The position numbers were made by a program, and so were the translations under genes. DNA of 64,000 nt, from NCBI GenBank assembly GCA_002938315.1, contig PTLL01000003.1:4005-68004 (forward strand). Reading direction: 5' to 3'. The notes under the pieces are model-generated. The model was not told the origin of the DNA and did not search any database. It saw only the letters and a program-made list of their open reading frames with translations. Shown here one piece after another: positions 48,729 to 58,120 of the stretch. Each line of letters opens with the position of its first letter. Positions within the stretch are counted from its first letter, which is position 1. This stretch comes from Alphaproteobacteria bacterium MarineAlpha3_Bin2. GTDB taxonomy: Bacteria; Pseudomonadota; Alphaproteobacteria; Rhodospirillales; Casp-alpha2.

Positions 48729-49613
48729 TTATTTCCCGTCCGTTTGCATTTTACTGATGGCGTCGTCCAACGCGACCAAGCGCTGGGCGTTCAGCACGTG
48801 CAGATTTTCGATCAGTTGGCCCTCGACGACGACGACGCCTTTGCCCTGGCTTGCGGCCTCGCCATGGGCGGCGATGATTTTCTTCGACCATTCAATAGTT
48901 TCGGCCGGGGGCGCAAATGCTTTGTTGGCGGCGTCGATGGTCTTGGGGTGAATCAAGGTCTTGCCGTCGAAACCCAATTCAACACCTTGATTGCACGAAT
49001 ACTGGAAGCCCTCGTCATCATTAAGGTTCAAATGCACGCCATCGAGAATGGCAATCCCGGCGGCCCGGGCCGCCAGCATGCACAACCCCAGCGAGGTTAT
49101 GAATGGCAACCGGTCCGGGGTGTGGGCGCATTGCAGGTCTTTGGCCAGGTCCGATGTGCCCATGACCAAGGCGCCGACGCGGGGACTGGCATGAGAAATT
49201 TCCTCGGCATGCAGCATGCCCGACGGCGTTTCCATCATGCACCAAATTGCCAGGTCATCGGGCGCGCCGGCGGTTGCCATGATCTCTTCCGCCTGATGAA
49301 CGATGCTTTCGCCTTCCACCTTCGGCAGTAGGATGGCGTGCGAACCCATGGTCGCGGCGGCGACAAGGTCGTCATGCCCCCAGGACGTATCCAGGGCGTT
49401 GACGCGAATGATCAACTCACGTTTGCCGTATCCGCCTTCCTTGATGGCATCCCGGATTTGGCTTCGCGCCATTTCCTTGGCGTCCGGTGCGACGGCGTCC
49501 TCAAGGTCCATGATCAGGCCATCGGCGGCAAGGGTTCGGCCCTTCTCCAGGGCGCGGGCGTTGGACCCCGGCATGTAAAGGATGGATCGTCGTGGCCTAG
49601 CGTTTTTCATCAT
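48729..49613 (-). CDS. HpcH/HpaI aldolase / citrate lyase beta-subunit-like (CitE family; possible malyl-CoA lyase or thioesterase)
   Basis: From MMKNARPRRSILYMPGSNARALEKGRTLAADGLIMDLEDAVAP…LLPKVE…MMETP…DGKTLIHP, the CitE-family pattern. Confidence 0.8.
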   Translation of the reverse strand: MMKNARPRRSILYMPGSNARALEKGRTLAADGLIMDLEDAVAPDAKEMARSQIRDAIKEGGYGKRELIIRVNALDTSWGHDDLVAAATMGSHAILLPKVEGESIVHQAEEIMATAGAPDDLAIWCMMETPSGMLHAEEISHASPRVGALVMGTSDLAKDLQCAHTPDRLPFITSLGLCMLAARAAGIAILDGVHLNLNDDEGFQYSCNQGVELGFDGKTLIHPKTIDAANKAFAPPAETIEWSKKIIAAHGEAASQGKGVVVVEGQLIENLHVLNAQRLVALDDAISKMQTDGK

Positions 49614-49884
49614 TTCTGTTACCTGCTCAGTGTTTCCGGGTGCTCTACATTGCATGGGCGCAGGAAATTATCAGCCCCAAGGGGCAGGAGGCAAGGGCGG
49701 CTAGATGTCGACCAGTAAATAGGGGCCTCGGCCATGGAATTTCGTTGATTTCCGCCGCCTTCGTTACTGTTGGGCATTGGAACCCTTCAGTTTTTTCAAT
49801 TTAGGGTTGATGACAGGGGGGGGTGAGCCAACAAAATAATGATTAAACAGAAAAATTCGCTCCCCCCAACCGCTGGGGTGGCGG

Positions 49885-50916
49885 TTAGGCCGCTTTCTCC
49901 ATATAGGATCGGATTAATTCCTCGGCGATCTGTACCGTATTCAACGCAGCCCCCTTGCGCAGGTTGTCGGCGACAACCCAGAAATTGAGGCCGTTATCGA
50001 TGGTTGCATCCATGCGGATACGGCTGACGTAGACGGCGTCTTCGCCGGCGCATTCCGTCGGCGTCACATAGCCTTCGTCGGCGCGGTGATCGACCACGAC
50101 AATTCCCGGCGCCGATTTCAGCGCATCGCGGATCTCATCCTCGTTGACGTCGCCGTCGAATTCGACGTTGACAGCCTCGGCATGGCCGATGAACACCGGT
50201 ACCCGCACACAGGTCGCCGTCAGCTTGATTTCCGGGTCCAGAATCTTCTTGGTTTCGGCCATCATCTTCCATTCTTCCTTGGTCGAGCCGTCGTCCATGA
50301 AGATATCGATATGGGGAATGACGTTGAAGGCGATCTGCTTGGTGAAACTTTCCTGGTGACTGACGGACGGCTGGTTCATGTAGATGCCGCGGGTCTGGTT
50401 GAACAGCTCATCCATGGGCGCCTTGCCGCCGCCGGAAACGGACTGATACGTCGATACAACCACTCGGTTGATCGGCATCAGGTCGTGCAGCGGCTTCAAC
50501 GCCGTCACCAGTTGAATGGTCGAACAGTTGGGATTGGCGATGATGCCCTTGTTCCGGTAGCCGCCGATGGCGTCCGGATTAACCTCGGGCACCACCAGGG
50601 GCACGTCCGGGTCCATGCGGAATTGCGACGTGTTGTCGATGACGATGGCGCCGGCAGCAGCGGCGCGCGGGCTGTGTTCTGCCGACACCTTGGCGCCCGG
50701 CGACGACAGTACGATATCCGTGCCCTCGAAATCGAAGTCGGCCAGGTTCTGGACCTTGAGCGTCTTGTGGTCGCCGTAAGAAACCTCGGCGCCGATAGAG
50801 CGCGATGACGCCAGCGCCACGACCGTATCGGCCGGGAACTGGCGCTCTTCCATGATCGCGAGGACCTCACGACCGACGTTTCCGGTGGCGCCGACAACGG
50901 CGACTTTGTAACCCAT
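49885..50916 (-). CDS. asd: aspartate-semialdehyde dehydrogenase
   Basis: 343 aa with MGYKVAVVGATGNVG and the active-site NPNCSTI. Confidence 0.95.
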   Translation of the reverse strand: MGYKVAVVGATGNVGREVLAIMEERQFPADTVVALASSRSIGAEVSYGDHKTLKVQNLADFDFEGTDIVLSSPGAKVSAEHSPRAAAAGAIVIDNTSQFRMDPDVPLVVPEVNPDAIGGYRNKGIIANPNCSTIQLVTALKPLHDLMPINRVVVSTYQSVSGGGKAPMDELFNQTRGIYMNQPSVSHQESFTKQIAFNVIPHIDIFMDDGSTKEEWKMMAETKKILDPEIKLTATCVRVPVFIGHAEAVNVEFDGDVNEDEIRDALKSAPGIVVVDHRADEGYVTPTECAGEDAVYVSRIRMDATIDNGLNFWVVADNLRKGAALNTVQIAEELIRSYMEKAA

Positions 50917-51043
50917 GGCCTAAAACTCCGAAATTTATTCACACCCCGGCGGGGGAAACCCTTCGGGGGGCACCGTTTACGCCTGTTTGGCGGCCATTTC
51001 AAGCCGGGATTGGGGATGGGGTCTACCCCCGGGGTCAATTAAG

Positions 51044-51190
51044 TCACGGCGCGGCGTTGGATTTCGCGCACCATTTCCCCCACATTTCCTGATAGGCGGC
51101 CTCGATGCTGCGGGCATAGGCAGCAGGCTTGCACATCGGTGAGGAGGCGATTGAAATCGCCAATGACAGCGACGAAACCTTAAAGGCCGC
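51044..51190 (-). pseudogene. possible C-terminal remnant of a TPR/glycosyltransferase (O-GlcNAc-transferase-like) gene
   Basis: Own translation of the minus strand between in-frame stops gives …LSLAISIASSPMCKPAAYARSIEAAYQEMWGKWCAKSNAAP*. The …SP..D….F.R.IEAAYR.MW.RW ending is, from memory, typical of such proteins. No start codon or upstream body is present. Confidence 0.3.
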
Positions 51191-51209
51191 CTAAGTCGGC
51201 GTGAAGGCC

Positions 51210-52322
51210 TTAACCCGCCAGCTTATTCAGTTCGGTGGTGACCGCTTCGCCCATGGCTTGACACGAAATCTGGGTCATTCCCGGTTGCATGATGTCGCCG
51301 GTACGCAGGCCGGAATCCAGCACCGTGGCGACGGCTTTCTCGACCATGTCGGCGTCTTCACCCATGTCGAAGGAATAGCGCAGGCACATGGCGTAGCTGA
51401 GGATCATGGCCAGCGGATTGGCCTTGTCCTCGCCGGCGATGTCCGGCGCGGTGCCGTGTACGGGCTCATACATGGCCTTGCGGCGTCCGCTTTCATCCGC
51501 CGCCCCCAGTGAGGCCGACGGCAGCATGCCCAGCGATCCGGTCAGCATGGCGGCGCAATCGGAAAGCACGTCGCCGAAAAGGTTGTCGGTGACGATGACG
51601 TCGAATTGCTTCGGTTCACGCACCAACTGCATGGCGCAATTGTCGGCGTACATGTGGTTGAGTTCGATATCGTCATAACCGTCGGCGTGGGCCGCCGTTG
51701 CCACCTCGCGCCACAGCACCCCCGTCTCCATGACGTTGGCCTTTTCCACTGAGGTGACGCGGCTTTGGCGTTTGCGGGCGAGATCAAAGGCGGCCCGGCA
51801 GACCCGATCGATTTCACCGGTGGTATACACCTGAGTGTCGATGGCGCGCTTTTGGCCATCGCCGATATCCTCAATGCCGCGGGGTGTGCCGAAATATACG
51901 CCGCCGGTGAGTTCGCGGATAATCAGCAAGTCGAGCCCGGACACCAGCTCGGTTTTGAGGCTGGAGGCTTCGGCCAGGGCCGGGAATACGGTCGCCGGTC
52001 GCAGGTTGGCGAACAGATCCAGTTCCTTGCGCAGTTTCAGGAGCCCGGCTTCCGGGCGGAGGTCGCGTTCCACATTATCCCATTTCGGCCCGCCGACGGC
52101 ACCCAGCAGCACCGCATCCACGCCCATGGCGTCTGCCAGGGTGTTATCGGTGAGCGAAGTGCCGTGCGCGTCATAGGCACAGCCGCCGACTAAGTCCTCG
52201 GCAACATCGAAGGAGACATGACGGGTTTTGTCCATCCAGTCGATAACACGCTGGACTTGGTTCATCACTTCGGGGCCAATCCCATCGCCGGGCAGCATCA
52301 GCAGTTTTTTGTTGGCGGGCAT
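51210..52322 (-). CDS. leuB: 3-isopropylmalate dehydrogenase
   Basis: 370 aa, …[12 protein letters not shown]…, with the isocitrate/isopropylmalate dehydrogenase signature NLFGDVLSD. Confidence 0.95.
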   Translation of the reverse strand: MPANKKLLMLPGDGIGPEVMNQVQRVIDWMDKTRHVSFDVAEDLVGGCAYDAHGTSLTDNTLADAMGVDAVLLGAVGGPKWDNVERDLRPEAGLLKLRKELDLFANLRPATVFPALAEASSLKTELVSGLDLLIIRELTGGVYFGTPRGIEDIGDGQKRAIDTQVYTTGEIDRVCRAAFDLARKRQSRVTSVEKANVMETGVLWREVATAAHADGYDDIELNHMYADNCAMQLVREPKQFDVIVTDNLFGDVLSDCAAMLTGSLGMLPSASLGAADESGRRKAMYEPVHGTAPDIAGEDKANPLAMILSYAMCLRYSFDMGEDADMVEKAVATVLDSGLRTGDIMQPGMTQISCQAMGEAVTTELNKLAG

Positions 52323-52354
52323 TGGTGTTCCTCTCTTATTGATCTATCGGTGTT

Positions 52355-53455
52355 TTATAGGGTGACGGCATACTTTTCCACCGCCTCTTCATTCCATTCG
52401 ACACCGGCGCCTGGGGTGGATGAAATCTGGACGTGGCCGTCCTCGACTTCTACGAGGGTTGCCATCAATGGCGCCGCCCAGTCGGTAAATTCCAGCCAGT
52501 GCGCCGTCGGCGTTGCCGCCAGAAGGTGGGATGAAAATTCCGGAAACAGGTGCGAGGAAACCGGGATGCCGGCGGCCTCGGCGATCTTCGCGGTCTGCAT
52601 CCAACCGCTGACCCCGCCGATGCGTTCCACGTCGGGCATCAGGTAATCCAGCGCCTTGGCCTCGATGGCGCGGGCGGCGGCTTCTGGTCCGTAGAAGTTT
52701 TCGCCGTTCTGGATCGGCGTTTCGACGTCGCGGGCAATGCGGGCGTTGCCGTCCAGATCGTCGTAGCGGATCGGCTCCTCAATCCAATAGGCGTCTTCCG
52801 CATCAAGGGCCTGGCCGCGCAGAATGGCTTCATCCACGTCAAGGCCCTGGTTGAAATCCACCGGCAGCAGGATATCCGGGCCGATGGCGTTGCGGACGGC
52901 GCGAAAGGCGGTGAGATCATCGTCCAGTGTTTCACGGCCCAGGCGGACCTTGACGGCAGTATACTTTCCCTCGGCAATCAGGGTTTGGGCTTCATCCGCC
53001 ACCGCTTCCGACCCAATCAGGCCGAGACCATTGGAGTTGTAAGCCGGGACCTTCCCCGGTTTGCCGCCTAAAACTTCCACCAGCGGCTTGCCTTGGGCTT
53101 TTGCGTAAGCGTCCCAGCAAGCCATATCGAAGCCGGAGACCGCCATCATGGCAATGCCTTCGTGGCCCATCAGAGTCAGGGCTTTGCGGGCTTTGGGATA
53201 CAGTGTTTCCGGATCGACGGTTTCGCCTTTCATGGCGTCCGCCAGCCAGCGCAGCGGCGGCACGAAGCACGCATTGCCGGCCAGGGAGTAGCCGAACAAA
53301 TAGGCCCGCCCGGTGACGCCTTCCTCGGTTTCCAAATCAATTAACACGAAGGCGGCCTTGTCGATGGTGACGACGCGGGTGACAAGGGGACGTTTCAAGG
53401 GCACCACAACGGAGCGTAGGCGAAGGTCGCGGATGGTAAGCGCGGCGTCGGTCAT
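52355..53455 (-). CDS. enolase-superfamily enzyme (mandelate racemase/muconate lactonizing enzyme family)
   Basis: 366 aa with a capping domain plus a TIM-barrel. Metal-ligand-type motifs are present: VKVRLG, PVDFNQG, WIEEP, LMPD. Confidence 0.85.
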   Translation of the reverse strand: MTDAALTIRDLRLRSVVVPLKRPLVTRVVTIDKAAFVLIDLETEEGVTGRAYLFGYSLAGNACFVPPLRWLADAMKGETVDPETLYPKARKALTLMGHEGIAMMAVSGFDMACWDAYAKAQGKPLVEVLGGKPGKVPAYNSNGLGLIGSEAVADEAQTLIAEGKYTAVKVRLGRETLDDDLTAFRAVRNAIGPDILLPVDFNQGLDVDEAILRGQALDAEDAYWIEEPIRYDDLDGNARIARDVETPIQNGENFYGPEAAARAIEAKALDYLMPDVERIGGVSGWMQTAKIAEAAGIPVSSHLFPEFSSHLLAATPTAHWLEFTDWAAPLMATLVEVEDGHVQISSTPGAGVEWNEEAVEKYAVTL

Positions 53456-53482
53456 GGCCGGGGCAAAATCGGGCTAACGACC

Positions 53483-54088
53483 CTAAAGCCAGGGTTGGGA
53501 TGATTTCTGGGCGTCTTCGTAGTCGTCGATCTTGGCGGCGTTTTTCATGGTCAGGCCGATGTCGTCCAACCCGTTGAACAGGCAATGCTTCTTGAATTCA
53601 TCCAGATCGAATTTGACCTCGCCGCCGTCGGGTCCGGTGATGACCTGGTTTTCCAGGTCGATGGTGACGGTGGCGTTGGCGCCGCGCTCGGCATCGTCCA
53701 TCAGCTTGGCGACGTCTTCAGGCGGCAGCTTGATCGGCAGGATGCCGTTCTTGAAACAATTGTTATAGAAGATATCGGCGAACGAGGTCGCGATGACGCA
53801 GCGGATACCGAAATCCAGCAACGCCCACGGCGCGTGTTCACGCGACGAGCCGCAGCCGAAGTTATCGCCGGCGACCAGAATGGTGGCGTTGCGATAGGCC
53901 GGCTGGTTGAGGACGAAGTCCGGGTTTTCAGACCCATCGTCGTTATAGCGCATTTCGAAGAACAACGCCTTGCCCAGCCCGGTGCGTCCCACCGTGGTCA
54001 GGTACTGTTTCGGGATGATCATATCGGTGTCGATGTTGATCATATTCATGGGCGCCGCAACGCCGGTCAGGGTGGTGAATTTTTCCAT
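53483..54088 (-). CDS. leuD: 3-isopropylmalate dehydratase small subunit
   Basis: 201 aa, [14 protein letters not shown]…[15 protein letters not shown]. Confidence 0.93.
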   Translation of the reverse strand: MEKFTTLTGVAAPMNMINIDTDMIIPKQYLTTVGRTGLGKALFFEMRYNDDGSENPDFVLNQPAYRNATILVAGDNFGCGSSREHAPWALLDFGIRCVIATSFADIFYNNCFKNGILPIKLPPEDVAKLMDDAERGANATVTIDLENQVITGPDGGEVKFDLDEFKKHCLFNGLDDIGLTMKNAAKIDDYEDAQKSSQPWL

Positions 54089-54099
54089 AATGCTGTTCC

Positions 54100-55506
54100 T
54101 TAATCCAATTCACGCACGTCGGTCAATTTACCGGTGACGGCGGCAGCAACGGCCATCGCCGGGCTGACCAGATGGGTGCGGCTGTCACGGCCCTGGCGGC
54201 CCTTGAAGTTTCGGTTAGACGTGGCGGCACAGCGTTTGCCCGGCGGCACCTTGTCGGGATTCATGGCCAGACACATGGAACACCCCGGCTCGCGCCATTC
54301 AAACCCGGCGTCGATTAGGATATCGGCCAGGCCTTCTTGTTCTGCCTGCTCTTTGATGAGGCCAGACCCCGGCACGATCAGCGCGGTAACGCCGTCGGCG
54401 ACTTTGCGTCCTTTGGCGATGGCTGCGGCGGCCCGAATGTCTTCGAGACGGCCATTGGTGCAGGCGCCGACGAAGGCAAAATCGATGGGAATCTCCGTCA
54501 TCGGGGTGCCGGGGCTAAGGTCCATGTATTCCAGCGCCATTTTCACCGCTTCCCGTTTCGCCGGATCGTCGAAGTCGTCCGGTGACGGCACCGTGGCGGT
54601 GATCGGCACCACGTCTTCGGGCGATGTGCCCCAGGTGACCTGGGGGACGATATCGGCGGCATTCAGGGTGACTTCCTTGTCGTAGGTCGCGCCCTCGTCA
54701 CTGGGCAGCGTGCGCCAATAGGCCTCGGCCTGTTCCCAGGCGCCGGCTTTCGGCGACATCGGGCGGCCCTTGAGGTATTCGAAAGTCTTCTCGTCAGGCG
54801 CCACCAATCCGGCCCGGGCGCCGGCTTCGATGGTCATGTTGCAGACGGTCATCCGGCCCTCCATGGTCAGGTCGCGAATGGCCTGGCCAGCGTATTCGAT
54901 GACATAGCCGGTGCCGCCGGCGGTGCCGATTTCACCGATCACGGCCAGGATCAAGTCCTTGGCGGTGACGCCGGGGAGAAGATCGCCGTCGACGGTGATG
55001 CGCATGTTTTGGAGCGGGCTTTGCAACAGCGTCTGGGTCGCCAGCACGTGTTCGACCTCGGACGTGCCGATGCCGAAGGCGAGCGCCCCAAAGGCGCCAT
55101 GGGTCGCGGTGTGGCTGTCGCCGCAGACGATGGTGGTGCCGGGCAGCGTGAACCCCTGTTCCGGTCCAATGACGTGGACGATGCCCTGGCGGATATCATC
55201 GATGTCGAACATTTGGATGCCGTATTCGGCGCAGTTCTTCCTCAGCGCCTCGATTTGAAGGCGGGCGTCATCGTCTTCGATGGGCTTTGTGCGATCCGTG
55301 GTCGGCACGTCGTGGTCGACGACGGCCAGCGTCAGGTCCGGCCGGCGCGGTTCCCGTCCCGCATCGCGCAATCCTTCGAAGGCCTGCGGGCTGGTGACTT
55401 CGTGAATCAGATGACGATCGATATAGATCAGGCAGGTGCCATCGTCCTGCACATTGACCAGGTGGGTGTCCCAGATCTTGTCGAAAAGAGTTTTCGGAGT
55501 AGCCAT
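54100..55506 (-). CDS. leuC: 3-isopropylmalate dehydratase large subunit
   Basis: From the ATG at 55506 ([17 protein letters not shown]). It has the aconitase-family Cys motifs CGDSHT and GACTNGR, and an AAGAGGAAA RBS. Confidence 0.95.
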   Translation of the reverse strand: MATPKTLFDKIWDTHLVNVQDDGTCLIYIDRHLIHEVTSPQAFEGLRDAGREPRRPDLTLAVVDHDVPTTDRTKPIEDDDARLQIEALRKNCAEYGIQMFDIDDIRQGIVHVIGPEQGFTLPGTTIVCGDSHTATHGAFGALAFGIGTSEVEHVLATQTLLQSPLQNMRITVDGDLLPGVTAKDLILAVIGEIGTAGGTGYVIEYAGQAIRDLTMEGRMTVCNMTIEAGARAGLVAPDEKTFEYLKGRPMSPKAGAWEQAEAYWRTLPSDEGATYDKEVTLNAADIVPQVTWGTSPEDVVPITATVPSPDDFDDPAKREAVKMALEYMDLSPGTPMTEIPIDFAFVGACTNGRLEDIRAAAAIAKGRKVADGVTALIVPGSGLIKEQAEQEGLADILIDAGFEWREPGCSMCLAMNPDKVPPGKRCAATSNRNFKGRQGRDSRTHLVSPAMAVAAAVTGKLTDVRELD

Positions 55507-55569
55507 ATGTTTCAAATTTCCTCTTTAGAGTGCTTTAAAAGGCGACCATATATATAGGGATTGCGTTGC

Positions 55570-56115
55570 TTATTTGTCGTCCTTATCTCCGCCGTTGTCC
55601 TTGATTACCGCCTCGCCGGTTTCGGGCACTTCGACCTTGGCCTTCTTCTTCGCCTTCTTTTTGGCCTTTTTAGGCTCTTCCGTCTTGGCTTCAGCCTCCG
55701 GCGCGGCTTCGGTGGCTTCCGTCGCCTCGCCTTCGTCCTTTTTCTTGGCACGGTCCCAATCGGTCTTTTCGGCGATACGGGCGCGTTTGCCGGTCCGTCC
55801 TCGCAGATAATACAGCTTGGCCCGGCGGACATCGCCGCGGCGAACCACCTCGATCGATTCGATGCTGGTTGAATACAGCGGAAATACTCGTTCCACGCCT
55901 TCGCCGTAAGACAGTTTGCGCACCGTGAAGGATGAATTGATCCCGGCGTTCTTGCGCCCGAGACAGACTCCTTCGAAGGCCTGGACGCGTTCGCGGGTTC
56001 CTTCCACCACCTTGACGTTGACCTTAAGCGTATCGCCGGCGGCGAAGTCGGGCACCGGGTTGTTCTGAATCAATTTTTCAAGCTGTTCGTTTTCGATTTC
56101 TTTAATGGTATTCAT
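55570..56115 (-). CDS. rplS: 50S ribosomal protein L19 with ~64-aa charged C-terminal extension
   Basis: From the ATG at 56115: [14 protein letters not shown]…[20 protein letters not shown]…GKRARIAEK. This is followed by [46 protein letters not shown]…. Confidence 0.9.
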   Translation of the reverse strand: MNTIKEIENEQLEKLIQNNPVPDFAAGDTLKVNVKVVEGTRERVQAFEGVCLGRKNAGINSSFTVRKLSYGEGVERVFPLYSTSIESIEVVRRGDVRRAKLYYLRGRTGKRARIAEKTDWDRAKKKDEGEATEATEAAPEAEAKTEEPKKAKKKAKKKAKVEVPETGEAVIKDNGGDKDDK

Positions 56116-56146
56116 GGCTATCGTCCTTACGTTTTCCTCGTTCGTT

Positions 56147-56863
56147 TTATCCGTTGTTTCCTGCATAGCGCGCCCACAAGTCGGGGCGCCTCTCACGGGT
56201 GATGTCTTCTGCCTGTTGGCGCCGCCAGGCCCGGACCTTTTTGTGGTGTCCGGATACCAGGACGTCTGGTACCGTCCGGCCATTCCAATCCTGGGGCCGG
56301 GTGTATTGGGGGTATTCCAACAGGTCTTTCTCGAAACTCTCCTCGGCCAGCGATTCAGGCGTTCCCATGACTCCGGGCAACAGCCTGACACAGGCATCAA
56401 TGACGGCGATGGCCGCCGCTTCGCCCCCCGACAAGACAAAGTCGCCGAGGCTTATTTCTTCAATTTCATGAGCATCCAGAACCCTTTCGTCCAAGCCCTC
56501 AAATCGGCCGCACAACAACGCCACGCCCGGTCCCTCTGCCAATTGCCTGACCCGTCTTTGAGTCAGGGGGCGGCCGCGCGGCGTCAGGTATATCATCGCC
56601 AAATCCGGATCCGCCTTGGTAGAGGCGTCGATGGCTTCCGATACCACATCCGGGCGCATGACCATACCCGGTCCGCCGCCAAAGGGGGCGTCGTCCACGG
56701 AGCGGTGTTTGTCGTGGGCGAAGTCCCGAATGTCTAATGTTTCCAGGGTCCAGACGCCGTCCTTCTGCCCCTGGCCGGCCAGCGACAGGCCCAGCGTTCC
56801 CGGAAACATTTCCGGGAACAGCGTCATTACCTTCGCTTTCCATGTCCTATCGAGCTTCGCCAC
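56147..56863 (-). CDS. trmD: tRNA (guanine37-N1)-methyltransferase
   Basis: 238 aa, …[11 protein letters not shown]…, with the SAM-binding knot [13 protein letters not shown]. Confidence 0.9.
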   Translation of the reverse strand: MAKLDRTWKAKVMTLFPEMFPGTLGLSLAGQGQKDGVWTLETLDIRDFAHDKHRSVDDAPFGGGPGMVMRPDVVSEAIDASTKADPDLAMIYLTPRGRPLTQRRVRQLAEGPGVALLCGRFEGLDERVLDAHEIEEISLGDFVLSGGEAAAIAVIDACVRLLPGVMGTPESLAEESFEKDLLEYPQYTRPQDWNGRTVPDVLVSGHHKKVRAWRRQQAEDITRERRPDLWARYAGNNG

Positions 56864-56874
56864 GTGTTCTTCCT

Positions 56875-57408
56875 TTAGCCTTCATCCGCTTCACCGCTTG
56901 CCTCAACAACAGGCAACGGTTTGACGACAATCCGATCGTTTTCGATGTCCACCACCGGAATCGTATTGGCGGTGAATGGGATCATCATGTCGTCGTCACC
57001 GGCGTCGATCTCAATAATGTCGCCGGCGCCGAAATTATGGATGGCCTTGACCGTCCCTAAATGTTCTCCGTCTTCCGTCTTCGCCGTCAGACCGACCAGG
57101 TCTGCGTGGTAATACTCGCCGTCCTCGGGCGCGGGCAGCACGTCCTTGGGGACGTAAAGTTTTGTCCCTTTCAGCGCCTCGGCGGCAGTGCGATCGGCAA
57201 TGCCGTCCAATCGAGCAATGACCAGGCCCTTGGCATGGGCGGTGACATTGATCCGGTAAGACTTGTTACCATTGTCGGTCGAGACCGGTCCATAGGCGGC
57301 GACATCATCCGGATCGGCGGTAAAGCTCTTGATCCGAACTTCGCCCTTAAGCCCCCGGACGCCGGCAATGGCGCCGATACAGACACGATCTTGTTGTGAT
57401 GTCGCCAT
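56875..57408 (-). CDS. rimM: 16S rRNA processing protein RimM
   Basis: From the ATG at 57408: [30 protein letters not shown]…YYHADLVGL…. It lies between rpsP and trmD. Confidence 0.85.
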   Translation of the reverse strand: MATSQQDRVCIGAIAGVRGLKGEVRIKSFTADPDDVAAYGPVSTDNGNKSYRINVTAHAKGLVIARLDGIADRTAAEALKGTKLYVPKDVLPAPEDGEYYHADLVGLTAKTEDGEHLGTVKAIHNFGAGDIIEIDAGDDDMMIPFTANTIPVVDIENDRIVVKPLPVVEASGEADEG

Positions 57409-57415
57409 GGCCAAT

Positions 57416-58021
57416 TTAGTCGTCCTTCTTGACGTCTTCGCCCTTGTCCTCGGCAGCGGCCTCTTCGGCAGGCGCATCTTCAGACTTAGCTTCCTCGGTC
57501 TTAGTTTCCTCGGTCTTAGTTTCCTCGGTCTTAGTTTCCTCGGCAGGGGCCTCTTCAGCCTTAGCTTCCTCGGCGGGTGCTTCCTCGGCCTTAGCTTTCT
57601 CGGCAGGAGCATCTTCGGCCTTAGCCTCCTCGGCAGGGGCCTCTTCAGCCTTGGCTTCCTCGGCGGGCGCTTCGGCGGCGGCCTTAGCCTTTTCTTCCGC
57701 TTCTTTCTGGCGCTCCAGGGTTTTGGCCCGGGGCAGGTGTTGCTTGGTCTGTTCGGGGATCGCCGGTTTGTCGACCAACCCCTTGTCGCTGAGGAAACGG
57801 GCGACGCGATTGGACGGCAGGGCGCCGACGCCGAGCCAGTATTTGATCCGCTCATCGTCGGTGTTCAGACGATCGGGATGATCCTTGGCGACCATCGGGT
57901 TATAGGTGCCGAGCCGTTCGATATAACGCCCGTCACGGGCCTTGCGGGAGTCCGCGACGACGATGCGGTAATAGGGGCGCTTTTTGGCGCCGCCTCGGGA
58001 AAGTCGGATTCTCAGAGACAT
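57416..58021 (-). CDS. rpsP: 30S ribosomal protein S16 with long acidic Ala/Glu/Lys repeat tail
   Basis: 201 aa. The core is MSLRIRLSRGGAKKRPYYRIVVADSRKARDGRYIERLGTYNP…. The tail reads …AEEAKAEEAPAEEAKAEDAPAEKAKAEEAPAEEAKAEEAPAEETKTEETKTEETKTEE…. Confidence 0.9.
   Translation of the reverse strand: MSLRIRLSRGGAKKRPYYRIVVADSRKARDGRYIERLGTYNPMVAKDHPDRLNTDDERIKYWLGVGALPSNRVARFLSDKGLVDKPAIPEQTKQHLPRAKTLERQKEAEEKAKAAAEAPAEEAKAEEAPAEEAKAEDAPAEKAKAEEAPAEEAKAEEAPAEETKTEETKTEETKTEEAKSEDAPAEEAAAEDKGEDVKKDD
57481..57690. repeat. in-frame tandem repeats (15-bp x3-4, then ~30-bp x5) inside the rpsP 3' region
   Basis: CGGTCTTAGTTTCCT occurs perfectly three times (57496-57540), preceded by a degenerate copy. 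Five degenerate 30-bp units of the form CGGCAGGGGCCTCTTCAGCCTTAGCTTCCT span 57541-57690. Confidence 0.9.
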
Positions 58022-58120
58022 ATCGTTTTGCCGTCCTTTTGCCGTTGAAGTTCGAATGGTTTCATGGGTTCTCTCTCAATTTTTCTCTATCAAAAATAAG
58101 GGTTTAATCAGTTTGACCGG

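Noticed and set aside
57481-57690. Possible CRISPR-like or satellite array.
   Set aside because: The units are contiguous with no spacers, are multiples of 3 bp, and lie inside the rpsP reading frame. This is a coding tandem repeat, not a CRISPR array.
57409-57855. N-terminal 149 codons of ORF 56875-57855, with PRKLRPRKLRPRKL repeats fused to RimM.
   Set aside because: This is a frame artefact of the rpsP tandem repeats read in another frame. RimM starts at the ATG at 57408, right after the rpsP stop.
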